A DNA stretch of 64,000 nucleotides, taken from an uncultured Verrucomicrobiae bacterium. Lineage in GTDB: Bacteria > Verrucomicrobiota > Verrucomicrobiia > Chthoniobacterales > JAATET01. Numbering within the stretch: position 1 is the stretch's first letter; each line of letters opens with the position of its first letter. The notes under the pieces were generated by a model, which worked only from the letters and a program-made list of their open reading frames with translations, had not been told where the DNA came from and did not search any database. Positions 37,209-45,426 of the stretch are shown here, in pieces. The translations under genes and the position numbers were made by a program. The stretch is from the NCBI GenBank assembly GCA_963719495.1, contig CAVRCI010000011.1, positions 161,340 to 225,339 on the forward strand, in the 5' to 3' direction.

Positions 37209-38024
37209 ATGAAGTCTCCCACCCGACCCGATATCGACGCCCTCTACGCAATCACTGACGACCAGGTCGCGTTCTTCCGCGAGAACGGATTTATCAAGCT
37301 GAAGAACGTGCTGTCGGCGGAAGCGATCGAACACTATCGCCCCGAGATCTCCTGCAAGGTGAAGGAACTCAACCACGACAACCGCGCTCTGGACGAGAAG
37401 GACACCTACGGAAAGGCGTTTCTCCAGGTCATCAACATCTGGCGTCACAGTGACGTGATCAGGGAGTTCATCCACAGCAAGACGCTCGGTGGTATCGCGG
37501 CGCGGCTTTTGGAGATCGACGGCGTGCGCCTTCACCACGACCAAGCGCTCTACAAGGAAGCCAGCGGCGGCTACACACCCTGGCATGTCGATCAGGTCTA
37601 TTGGCCGCTCTCGTCGGATCGCACGGTCACCGCGTGGATCCCACTTCAGGCGACCCCGCTGGAAATGGGCGCGCTCTGCTTCAGCCCCGGGAGCCAGCGG
37701 ATGATGGCCGGCCGTGAACTCATCATCGGCGACGAGAGCCAGAAGGAGGTGGAGAAAAATTTGAAGCTGGGTGACTTCGGCGTCGAGGAGAGCCCGTACG
37801 ATCTCGGCGAGGTGAGCTTCCACCTTGGATACAATTTTCACCGGGCGGGTCCGAACCAAACCGACAGCCCCCGCGAGGTCATGACCATCGCCTACATGGA
37901 CAAGGAGATGCGCATGATCGAGCCGAAGAACGAGGCGCAACGGAAGAGTTTCAATCATCTTTATCCCAGCGCGAAAGTTGGCGAGGTCATGGAGACCGAG
38001 CACACCCCCGTCCTGTTTCCCTAG
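37209..38024 (+). CDS. Phytanoyl-CoA dioxygenase (PhyH) family protein
   Basis: FFRENGFIKL, HDQALYK, TPWHVDQVYW, TAWIPL, FHRAGPN...R. Confidence 0.88.
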   Translation: MKSPTRPDIDALYAITDDQVAFFRENGFIKLKNVLSAEAIEHYRPEISCKVKELNHDNRALDEKDTYGKAFLQVINIWRHSDVIREFIHSKTLGGIAARLLEIDGVRLHHDQALYKEASGGYTPWHVDQVYWPLSSDRTVTAWIPLQATPLEMGALCFSPGSQRMMAGRELIIGDESQKEVEKNLKLGDFGVEESPYDLGEVSFHLGYNFHRAGPNQTDSPREVMTIAYMDKEMRMIEPKNEAQRKSFNHLYPSAKVGEVMETEHTPVLFP

Positions 38025-38256
38025 AGGACGACGGGGAGTCGGCCTTTTGCGGGCCGACGATCAAGGCGCCGGACGTCTCGCTCGGTGACGGCGCCGCCAT
38101 CCAAGGCCTGAGCAAACGGGTTGGCGTGGCTTCCCGTTCACCCGTGGCCCGAACGGATTGCCGACGATCCGGAGTGGAATCGGCCGACGAAAGTCTTTGA
38201 GTCGATTGAAGGTCTGAGTCCTCGTCGATTTAGCTAATCAGATTCGCTCCGCTCGT

Positions 38257-40764
38257 TCAGGACACCAGTTCGAGTTTGCCCGCCGCTTCACCAGCCTTCG
38301 TCGAGTTCGGGTTGAACACGAGCCAGTCGCCCTCCGTCCGTCCTTCGAGCTTGCGGTCATCCAGCCGAACTTCGCTGACGCCTTCGCGGCGCACGCGAAT
38401 CTCCCGCCATTTCAACTCGCCGGACAGAACGCGGATTTCCACCGTGTCCGCGGATTGCTCGAAGTGTCCGTATCCGTCGGGCGTGACCCAAAGGAGCCGC
38501 CCCTCGAACTTTGGATCGAAGGTCACCACGCCATCGCGAAGGCCGAAGCCCAGCGCCGCATTCACGATCGCCCAGGCCGACATCGGGCGGAAGTAGTGGC
38601 CTCCGAATTCCTGGTGATCCCAATACATCCCCCAATGCCGGTAGCGGTCATCCACCGAGCGGATGACGCGTAGGCCGTCCTCAATCTGGCCCTCGTAAAT
38701 GAGCAGCGACGCGAAGGCCAACTCGACGCCGGTCCAGCAGGTGTTCGCTTGATCGACCCAGCAATCCTCGGCGACTTCGTGCAAAAATTCGTCGTCCGGC
38801 CACTGGCAATTTCGCAATCCCTGATCGGGATGGAAATTCATCGCCATGATGTTCTCCAGCGCGGTCGCGACGTGGGATGCATCCAAAAATGTCGGGAGGT
38901 CGGCCAGACGACACGCCCAGTGACCGATGATCTGGTCGGCGAGACAGCCTTCGTCGGCCCCGGTGTCGTTCGCGAAGAGTCGGTAGTAGCGCCCGTTCCA
39001 AGTCGTCTTTTCCAGAGCAGCGGCACCTTTCTCCAGGACGTTGGAATATCGTGAGAGCGCGTCGTCGTCGCCGAGAACCCGCGCGGTCTCGACGGCCGCC
39101 GAGATGGCCGCCAGCCACTGGGTGGCAACGTAGGGCGCAACCCCGAACATGGGAAAATTGTCGTAGGAACACATGATTCCTTCCATGTCGGGAAGGAGGT
39201 CGCCGTTGGCGTCGCGCTCGCGAAGAATGTAATCGAGCGCTCGTTTGACGGATGGCCAGAGGTCCTGGAGAAATTCGTGGTCGCCTGCCCACAGGCCGAC
39301 TCGGAGCGTCTGGTAGGCGTATTGAGCCGGCATGTCGAGACGGTGGCCGGTGATCTCGCGGGGGTCGGTCGCACGAAAATTCTGCGTGATGGAATGCGCC
39401 ACGAATCCACGCGCGTTCTGCAGCGCCCGATGGGCACGACTGCTGGCAAATTCGAGCGAGGGAAAGAGAGACGCCGTGGCGACTCCGCCATACATCGCGA
39501 CATCGGTGGTCGCCAGTCCGGCGTAGCTCTGTTCCGGGCCGAGTCCCTCCAGGATACCAAAATTTCCGTCTTTCGTGAGCCAGCTACTGGTCCGGAAGGT
39601 ATTGAGCTGGGAGTTCACTTGATCCAGCACGTAGTCCGGCAGCGCGGAACCGTAGTGCGCGCCGTGGAAACGCCGGGTCTCCCGCTCGAGCATCTCACCG
39701 TTTTCGACGGCGTAAGCCGCCACGTCGGCGGCATTCTCGAAGAAATTGCTGTAGTAATGACCTTCCACGTGAGGTTGCTCGGAGATATCGGCACTTGCCA
39801 TGGCCTCTTCGAGGTAGCCGAGGTTCGAATCCGGATCGCCGACGACGCGAGCGTATCGATTGGGGAAATGCCAAGTGGTGATGAATCGATGATCCAACTT
39901 TTCCCCCGGTGCGAGCTTCACCGTCGGTCCGATCGCTGAAAATGACGGATAGCGCGCCCAACGGCCGCCATTTTCCGGATCGGGTGCGTTCCCCGCATCG
40001 ATGTTGTTTTCGTCCGGCAACTCACGCGCTCGCAAGGCCCGCTCGTGAAACTGATGCACGTGCGACCAGCCAATGTGGTAGCGGGTATCCGGATGCATCG
40101 AGGCCACGCCCATCGTCCCGAAGGAGGCGTGGGACGGGTCCATTCCTTCGGCGGAAAGCTCGAAGGCGCGGTATCCGCGGCCTTCGTTCCCGTCCACCGT
40201 CCGCGCGGTCCAGACCTTCTGCCGCACGTCGTAGCCGACGCAATTCCGCATCACGGCAAGCAGGCTGACGTCCATCGGGCGGTCCGCCGTCGAGCGGAGT
40301 TTGAAGTCAAAAAATGCCGCAGGGAGTGACGAATTCTTCACGTCGCGCGGGATGAAGGGCGACCAGGCTTCGAGTTCGATCTCCAGCGGCATGCCCGCGT
40401 CCGCGTATCGCAGCTTCACGAACGGCACCGTCGCGTCGTAATCGATCCGGTCGACCCCATCGAGCCACGGGAAAATGTAGTGGAATTCGTGGGTCTCCAT
40501 CGCCGCCGCCCCGTGGCTGTTTTCGATCTGGAGCAGGCGCATTCGCGGTTCTTCACCTTCGACTTGAAACCGGACGAGAAAGAACAACACGGACTGGGAA
40601 TCGAGGGTGAAGTGCGTTCCTCGGGCGGAAGGCCGGTTGTTGAAGAGATTCCAATTGTAAAATTGCCCATCCTGCCGCAGCTCGAACCAACCGCATCCCA
40701 ATCCCCCGAGCGCAACGCCACTCCGGGCCTTCTGTGATCGCTGACTGGTGGCGTGATACGACAT
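38257..40764 (-). CDS. GH116 family glycoside hydrolase
   Basis: SGVALGGLGCG, AWSPFIP...SSLP, GNFGILEG, CSYDNF, WNGRYY, CWTGVE, HQEFGGHYFRPMSAW. Confidence 0.85.
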   Translation of the reverse strand: MSYHATSQRSQKARSGVALGGLGCGWFELRQDGQFYNWNLFNNRPSARGTHFTLDSQSVLFFLVRFQVEGEEPRMRLLQIENSHGAAAMETHEFHYIFPWLDGVDRIDYDATVPFVKLRYADAGMPLEIELEAWSPFIPRDVKNSSLPAAFFDFKLRSTADRPMDVSLLAVMRNCVGYDVRQKVWTARTVDGNEGRGYRAFELSAEGMDPSHASFGTMGVASMHPDTRYHIGWSHVHQFHERALRARELPDENNIDAGNAPDPENGGRWARYPSFSAIGPTVKLAPGEKLDHRFITTWHFPNRYARVVGDPDSNLGYLEEAMASADISEQPHVEGHYYSNFFENAADVAAYAVENGEMLERETRRFHGAHYGSALPDYVLDQVNSQLNTFRTSSWLTKDGNFGILEGLGPEQSYAGLATTDVAMYGGVATASLFPSLEFASSRAHRALQNARGFVAHSITQNFRATDPREITGHRLDMPAQYAYQTLRVGLWAGDHEFLQDLWPSVKRALDYILRERDANGDLLPDMEGIMCSYDNFPMFGVAPYVATQWLAAISAAVETARVLGDDDALSRYSNVLEKGAAALEKTTWNGRYYRLFANDTGADEGCLADQIIGHWACRLADLPTFLDASHVATALENIMAMNFHPDQGLRNCQWPDDEFLHEVAEDCWVDQANTCWTGVELAFASLLIYEGQIEDGLRVIRSVDDRYRHWGMYWDHQEFGGHYFRPMSAWAIVNAALGFGLRDGVVTFDPKFEGRLLWVTPDGYGHFEQSADTVEIRVLSGELKWREIRVRREGVSEVRLDDRKLEGRTEGDWLVFNPNSTKAGEAAGKLELVS

Positions 40765-40901
40765 CCTGACAGCTTAACGAACCTCTCCCGTCCCCGGAGA
40801 GATGAAATCTCCGCTATTGGTTGCACAGTTCCACGCACGGTTCTCCAGCGCGGCAATTGACCCGCTTTTGGGTGCGGGCGGCTCAGGTCGTTAGTCGAAG
40901 G

Positions 40902-43055
40902 TCAGATTTCGACCCCGCACGCGAAGCTCATGTCGGCTCGAGACTCGAATTTCCCGCTCAACGAACTCCGTCCGCCGGAATGAGCGTCACCGAGCGCCTG
41001 GAGCCGGGCGTAGCAGTCGAAAAGGAACGGCCCGCTCGTCGCGATCCCCAACGCGCTGATCGGGAGTTCGACCTTCGCGAGGTAATCGACCTTGGAGCGC
41101 TCGATTTCCAGCTTCGCCCCGGGGACACTCTGGAGCTGGACGTTGAGCACCCGAGCCTCGTCCCCCTCACCGGGAACGACGAACAGTTGAGTGACCGCTG
41201 GCCGCGCCTCGTCGGCGAAGAACAGCTCCAGGCAGGAGCCCTGCCACGGACTGTCGGGGCGGATGCGCGGATCGGAATCACCCACTCGGATCTCGAGCCG
41301 CAACGACTCCCCGTCTCGCCAGAGGAGACCTTCGGCACAGGGAAACCCGGAGAGCTGCAGCGCGAATTTTGCAGCCCCTTCATCGTTGGTCTTCAGTCGC
41401 TCGCGGGGCAGGAGGATCGCGGCGAGCGCCAAAACGCGCGAATCGGACGAGCGGAGGTCGACCCGGACGCCGCTCGACGTGGCGCGAACCACGTTGGCGA
41501 TCACGACCTCGTTCGCCATCCCGCCCGCCGGGACCTCGAGGCTAACCCGCGGGTTAGCGAACGTCACGGCGTCGGATTCCGGGGCAAGCTCGAGATCGAC
41601 GCTCGCCTCCGTCACGCCGGGATTCTCGACGCGCACGTCGAGCTCGAACTGACTCCCAGCCTCGTCGAGCTTCAAGCCGCGAGGCAAGGCCCGGGCGATC
41701 ACGCGATCCCCGACCCCCGCGTAGGAACGCCCGGTATTGCGGATGACCGGAGCGAATTCGCCCAGGAAACCATCCGCCTGATGCGCCTCGATCAGCTCGT
41801 CGCACAGGGCCCAGATCCGGTCGACGGTGAGGGTCGCGCTGGTGTGCGGATCGAGCATGGCCGCGTGATAAATGTGCTCGCGCTTCCCGGTGAGGGCGGC
41901 GTCCACGGTGAGCCGCTGGACGTTGACACTCGTCATGCAAAGGGCCGCGAGTTGGGACGGGAGATTCCCGATCTTCACGGGGTGAAGCCCGCTGCCATCG
42001 ACCAGGCACGGGACCTCGACGCAGCAGCCCCGCTCGAGGTTGTCGATGAGTCCGGCGTTCGGAACGTTGCCGTAGATGGTCCGCGGCGTGTTCGTCTCCC
42101 GCGAATGGATGATGTAGGAGCCGTATTCGTGGGACTGCGGGGCGACCTCGATCTCGCCGGTCTCGCCCGTCAGCTCCGCTTCGGTGTTGGCCCACGTCGA
42201 AGTGATCGCCTCGCAGCGGCGGAGGTATTCGTCGATGGGGATGTCGAATTTCGCGATGGTCTCCTCGCCGTGGTGGATGAAGTAGGGCGTGTATTCCGCC
42301 TGGTGCTCGCTCGATTCCGTCACGAAATAACCCGTGCGTCGCATCATCTCGTAGCGCACCCGTTCGTAGGTCCGGTCGGGGTCTTCGAGGACGCGGAAGA
42401 GCAGCGGGTAGATGTCCTGGCCCCGATACTGCAGTTTCAAAAAGAACGCCATGTGGTTCACTCCCGCGACGAGGTAGCTGATGTCTTCAAAGGGCAGCCC
42501 GGTGTGGGAAGCCAGCATCCGGGCGGTTCCGAAGACGGAATGGCAGAGCCCGACGTGCGGCACGCCGGTTGCCTCGTGGATCGCCCAACAGTTCATCGCC
42601 ATCGGGTTCGTGTAGTTGAGAAAAAGGCAATCCGGGTGCCCGACATCGGCGATCTCCCGCGCAATGTCGACGAGCACCGGGATGGTGCGGAGCCCGCGAA
42701 AAACTCCACCGATCCCGAGCGTATCGCCGATGGTCTGCTGGAGACCGTATTTTTTTGGGATTTCAAAATCGCGCACCGTCGATGGCTTGAATCCGCCGAC
42801 CTGAATCGTGCAGATCACGTATTTCGCCCCGCGAATCGCTTCGAGCCGGTCGAGCGTGGATTCGATCCGCGCGGGCATGCCGAGCTTCGCCGCCATTCGC
42901 TTCATCATCACATCCGCGACCTCGAGGCGGTCGGGATCGACGTCCATCAGGCAGATGGTCGCGTCGGCCAGGTCGGGAAATTGCAGAATGTCGCCGATGA
43001 GCGTCTTCGCGAAGACGACGGAACCAGCGCCGATGAGGGTGATTTTACAGGGCAT
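40902..43055 (-). CDS. GH4 alpha-galactosidase (MelA-like) with a ~270-aa C-terminal extension
   Basis: KITLIGAGSVVF, QTIGDTLGIGG, LNYTNPM, GLCHSV, AGVNHMAF, TESSEHQAEY, VEVPCLVD. Confidence 0.9.
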   Translation of the reverse strand: MPCKITLIGAGSVVFAKTLIGDILQFPDLADATICLMDVDPDRLEVADVMMKRMAAKLGMPARIESTLDRLEAIRGAKYVICTIQVGGFKPSTVRDFEIPKKYGLQQTIGDTLGIGGVFRGLRTIPVLVDIAREIADVGHPDCLFLNYTNPMAMNCWAIHEATGVPHVGLCHSVFGTARMLASHTGLPFEDISYLVAGVNHMAFFLKLQYRGQDIYPLLFRVLEDPDRTYERVRYEMMRRTGYFVTESSEHQAEYTPYFIHHGEETIAKFDIPIDEYLRRCEAITSTWANTEAELTGETGEIEVAPQSHEYGSYIIHSRETNTPRTIYGNVPNAGLIDNLERGCCVEVPCLVDGSGLHPVKIGNLPSQLAALCMTSVNVQRLTVDAALTGKREHIYHAAMLDPHTSATLTVDRIWALCDELIEAHQADGFLGEFAPVIRNTGRSYAGVGDRVIARALPRGLKLDEAGSQFELDVRVENPGVTEASVDLELAPESDAVTFANPRVSLEVPAGGMANEVVIANVVRATSSGVRVDLRSSDSRVLALAAILLPRERLKTNDEGAAKFALQLSGFPCAEGLLWRDGESLRLEIRVGDSDPRIRPDSPWQGSCLELFFADEARPAVTQLFVVPGEGDEARVLNVQLQSVPGAKLEIERSKVDYLAKVELPISALGIATSGPFLFDCYARLQALGDAHSGGRSSLSGKFESRADMSFACGVEI

Positions 43056-43202
43056 GATTTTTCAAAACTAACACGAAGGCAAAAGAGTCCGCCGCGGTCG
43101 AGTCGCCGCCAATCCACGGTTTTTGCACATCGTTGCGCAGACCGGAAGGAAATCCCACGGGCGCCCCAGGCCCCCCGAAAAAAACGGCGATCGCGGCCTC
43201 GG

Positions 43203-44081
43203 TCAAACTCGGGGGATCGAACTCGGAGATGCTGACTGCACGCCGACGGCCCGATTGCGATACTGAAGCGGGGTTCTGCCATTGGCGGATCGGAATCGGC
43301 TGTGGAAATGGCTGAGACTCTGGAATCCGCATTCGAACGCGATTTCGAGCACGCTCATCCGCGTGGTTTCCAGCAGTCGACCGGCGAAGCGAATCCGTTC
43401 CCCGGTCAACCATCGCGTGGGGGTCATCCCGAGGTGCTTCTGAAAACTCCGGGTCACGTGCTCGTGCGAACGTCCGCAGAGTTCGATCAATCTGGGTGCG
43501 CCGTGCTGCAGGTTCGCCGGCTCGGATGCCTTGGGAAGCGCCTCCCGCATCCAATCCGGGAGATCCGCGTCGACCGTTCCCTCGACCACGGGTCGCAGGA
43601 GGCGGCCCAGCCCGAGGAGGAAGAGCATGGCGTCCATCGGCTCGCGCGGACTCGCCGCTCCCGCCTCGACGAGTGAGACGAAGCGCTGACGTTGCGATGC
43701 GTTGAGCTGGATGGAGACCGGGCGGGAGTCCGCCTTCCAGGCTTCTCCCAATCCCGGACACCATTCCACGGCGCGTTGCGCGGCACCGGCCTCGAACGCC
43801 GCGTTGATGAAGAGCAGCGGTTCGGTCGTGCTGCCCTTGAGACCGTGCGCCTGCTCGGGCCGGACAAAATGGAGATCTCTGGGAAACAGCGTATCCTCGT
43901 GGTCGGGAAAGAGGTGCTTCCCCCGCCCGCTCTCGACCAGGAAACACTCGAAGAAGTCGTGGACGTGCAACCCCGCGCCGACACCGGGCGCGGCTTTGAC
44001 GCTGGCGAGATGAATCGCCTCGCCGGACGGGCAAATCGTGGACCACTGTAGTTTTTTCAAGGAAAGATCAATTGAGCGCAC
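43203..44081 (-). CDS. AraC-family regulator with cupin domain (ChbR/CelD-like)
   Basis: HVHDFFE cupin motif; C-terminal IAFECGFQSLSHFHSRF...TPLQYR. Confidence 0.88.
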   Translation of the reverse strand: MRSIDLSLKKLQWSTICPSGEAIHLASVKAAPGVGAGLHVHDFFECFLVESGRGKHLFPDHEDTLFPRDLHFVRPEQAHGLKGSTTEPLLFINAAFEAGAAQRAVEWCPGLGEAWKADSRPVSIQLNASQRQRFVSLVEAGAASPREPMDAMLFLLGLGRLLRPVVEGTVDADLPDWMREALPKASEPANLQHGAPRLIELCGRSHEHVTRSFQKHLGMTPTRWLTGERIRFAGRLLETTRMSVLEIAFECGFQSLSHFHSRFRSANGRTPLQYRNRAVGVQSASPSSIPRV

Positions 44082-44226
44082 GTTTTTGTCAGTTCAACCG
44101 ACGAAAGCTCAATGGAATTCACCGCCCGTGGTGGCGCAATGGAGACCACCTTCCATCCCCGCGGGACTCCCGATCGGAACGATCACGACCGCCGCGAAGG
44201 CCGCGAAGGCCGCGTCCCGCCGAAAG

Positions 44227-45186
44227 TCAAAGGGTTCGAGGGCGGATGAGCTCGATCGTGACGGTATGGCCAACGGAGCCTCCGGGTGCCTCGGGGCGGA
44301 GCCGGGGTGAAAGCTGCTCGATCTCGATCAGCGGCCAGGCGTCGGACCCAAGATAAACCTGGGTGGGGTAGCCTTCGGTTGGATCGTCAATGACTTCGCC
44401 GCGACCCGGTCCCGGGTGGAGGATCAATTCCAAACGATCGGGCCACCGTGCGCGCAACGGCTGTTCAGCGAATCCGAATTTTTCTTCGGTCGCAGCTCGC
44501 TCGAGGATCACCCGACGCCCGGCGCGGCGGACTTGCGGCGGGGCGCGAAACTTCCGAAGCAGGCCGGGTCGATCCAGCAGGGGAAGGAGCACGTAGCCGC
44601 GGGGCGCGGGCGATTCCGGACGAGCCTCGGCTTCGACGACGGCACCGGGGGCGATCTGAAAGATCTGGATTGCCTGGCGCCCGGCGGGGCGGGATTCGAA
44701 CCACTCGACGACGCATTCGAGACGTCCATCGGCGATCCATCGATAGGTCCGGTGGAGTGCCGGGGCATTCGATCCGGCGGAGGGTGAAACGACGGAGAGG
44801 CTCCCGTCGGATGAGACCGTGATGCGGTCGGCAGCGGAGAACTCCCAGTTATCCGGTGGCGGCCAGAACACCTCCCATTCGGTCTGCGGTCCCAGCCAGA
44901 CGCGGTGCCCGCCGAAGCCCCCGCCTTCATCGCGGGCGGGTTCGGAGAGCAGGTTCCGCCCGCCGATCGGCCCGAGTGAGGTGAGCCGGCCGCCGGCAGG
45001 ATCGACTTCGGCCCGCCAATCGGCGCGGTCGGATCGCCAGATCGGCCCGCTCGATCCCTCGGCGCGGGTCCATTGGCCGGGAGAAGCGCAGCCCACCAGA
45101 AGCAGGGCGAGGCAGACGCCCGCGTGACGTATTGCTTTCCAGCAAGCGGTCCCGGGGGGTTCATTCGAGTGACGATTCACGCTCAT
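44227..45186 (-). CDS. Lipoprotein, DUF4380/mutarotase-like
   Basis: Lipobox LVGC; VDPAGGRLTSL...NLL, GGHRVWLGPQ, IEIEQLSP; start codon uncertain. Confidence 0.6.
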   Translation of the reverse strand: MSVNRHSNEPPGTACWKAIRHAGVCLALLLVGCASPGQWTRAEGSSGPIWRSDRADWRAEVDPAGGRLTSLGPIGGRNLLSEPARDEGGGFGGHRVWLGPQTEWEVFWPPPDNWEFSAADRITVSSDGSLSVVSPSAGSNAPALHRTYRWIADGRLECVVEWFESRPAGRQAIQIFQIAPGAVVEAEARPESPAPRGYVLLPLLDRPGLLRKFRAPPQVRRAGRRVILERAATEEKFGFAEQPLRARWPDRLELILHPGPGRGEVIDDPTEGYPTQVYLGSDAWPLIEIEQLSPRLRPEAPGGSVGHTVTIELIRPRTL

Positions 45187-45426
45187 TTTCGGACGGCGGA
45201 GAGTTTGGTGGTGGTCCGGGGGAGAGGATGGATTCCCCCATGGCCACTGTCCAATCCGAGATCGTGCAGACCGTTGCGTCAATTGAACGGTGAGGTCGGC
45301 TCGGCGCGGGCCGGGGCGCGGGAGGAATGGGAATCCCAATCGCCGCGCGAAGCGAGTTTTCGGGTGCAACGATTTGCACCTTCCGAACTTTGATCCAACT
45401 CCTGAACCATCGACGTTCGTCAGACA

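Noticed and set aside
40821..43235. 804-aa plus-strand ORF and similar long antisense ORFs (e.g. 15318-17423, 10300-11610, 12175-13713 full length)
   Set aside because: Shadow frames of well-supported genes in high-GC DNA; Arg/Gly/Pro-rich with no motifs.
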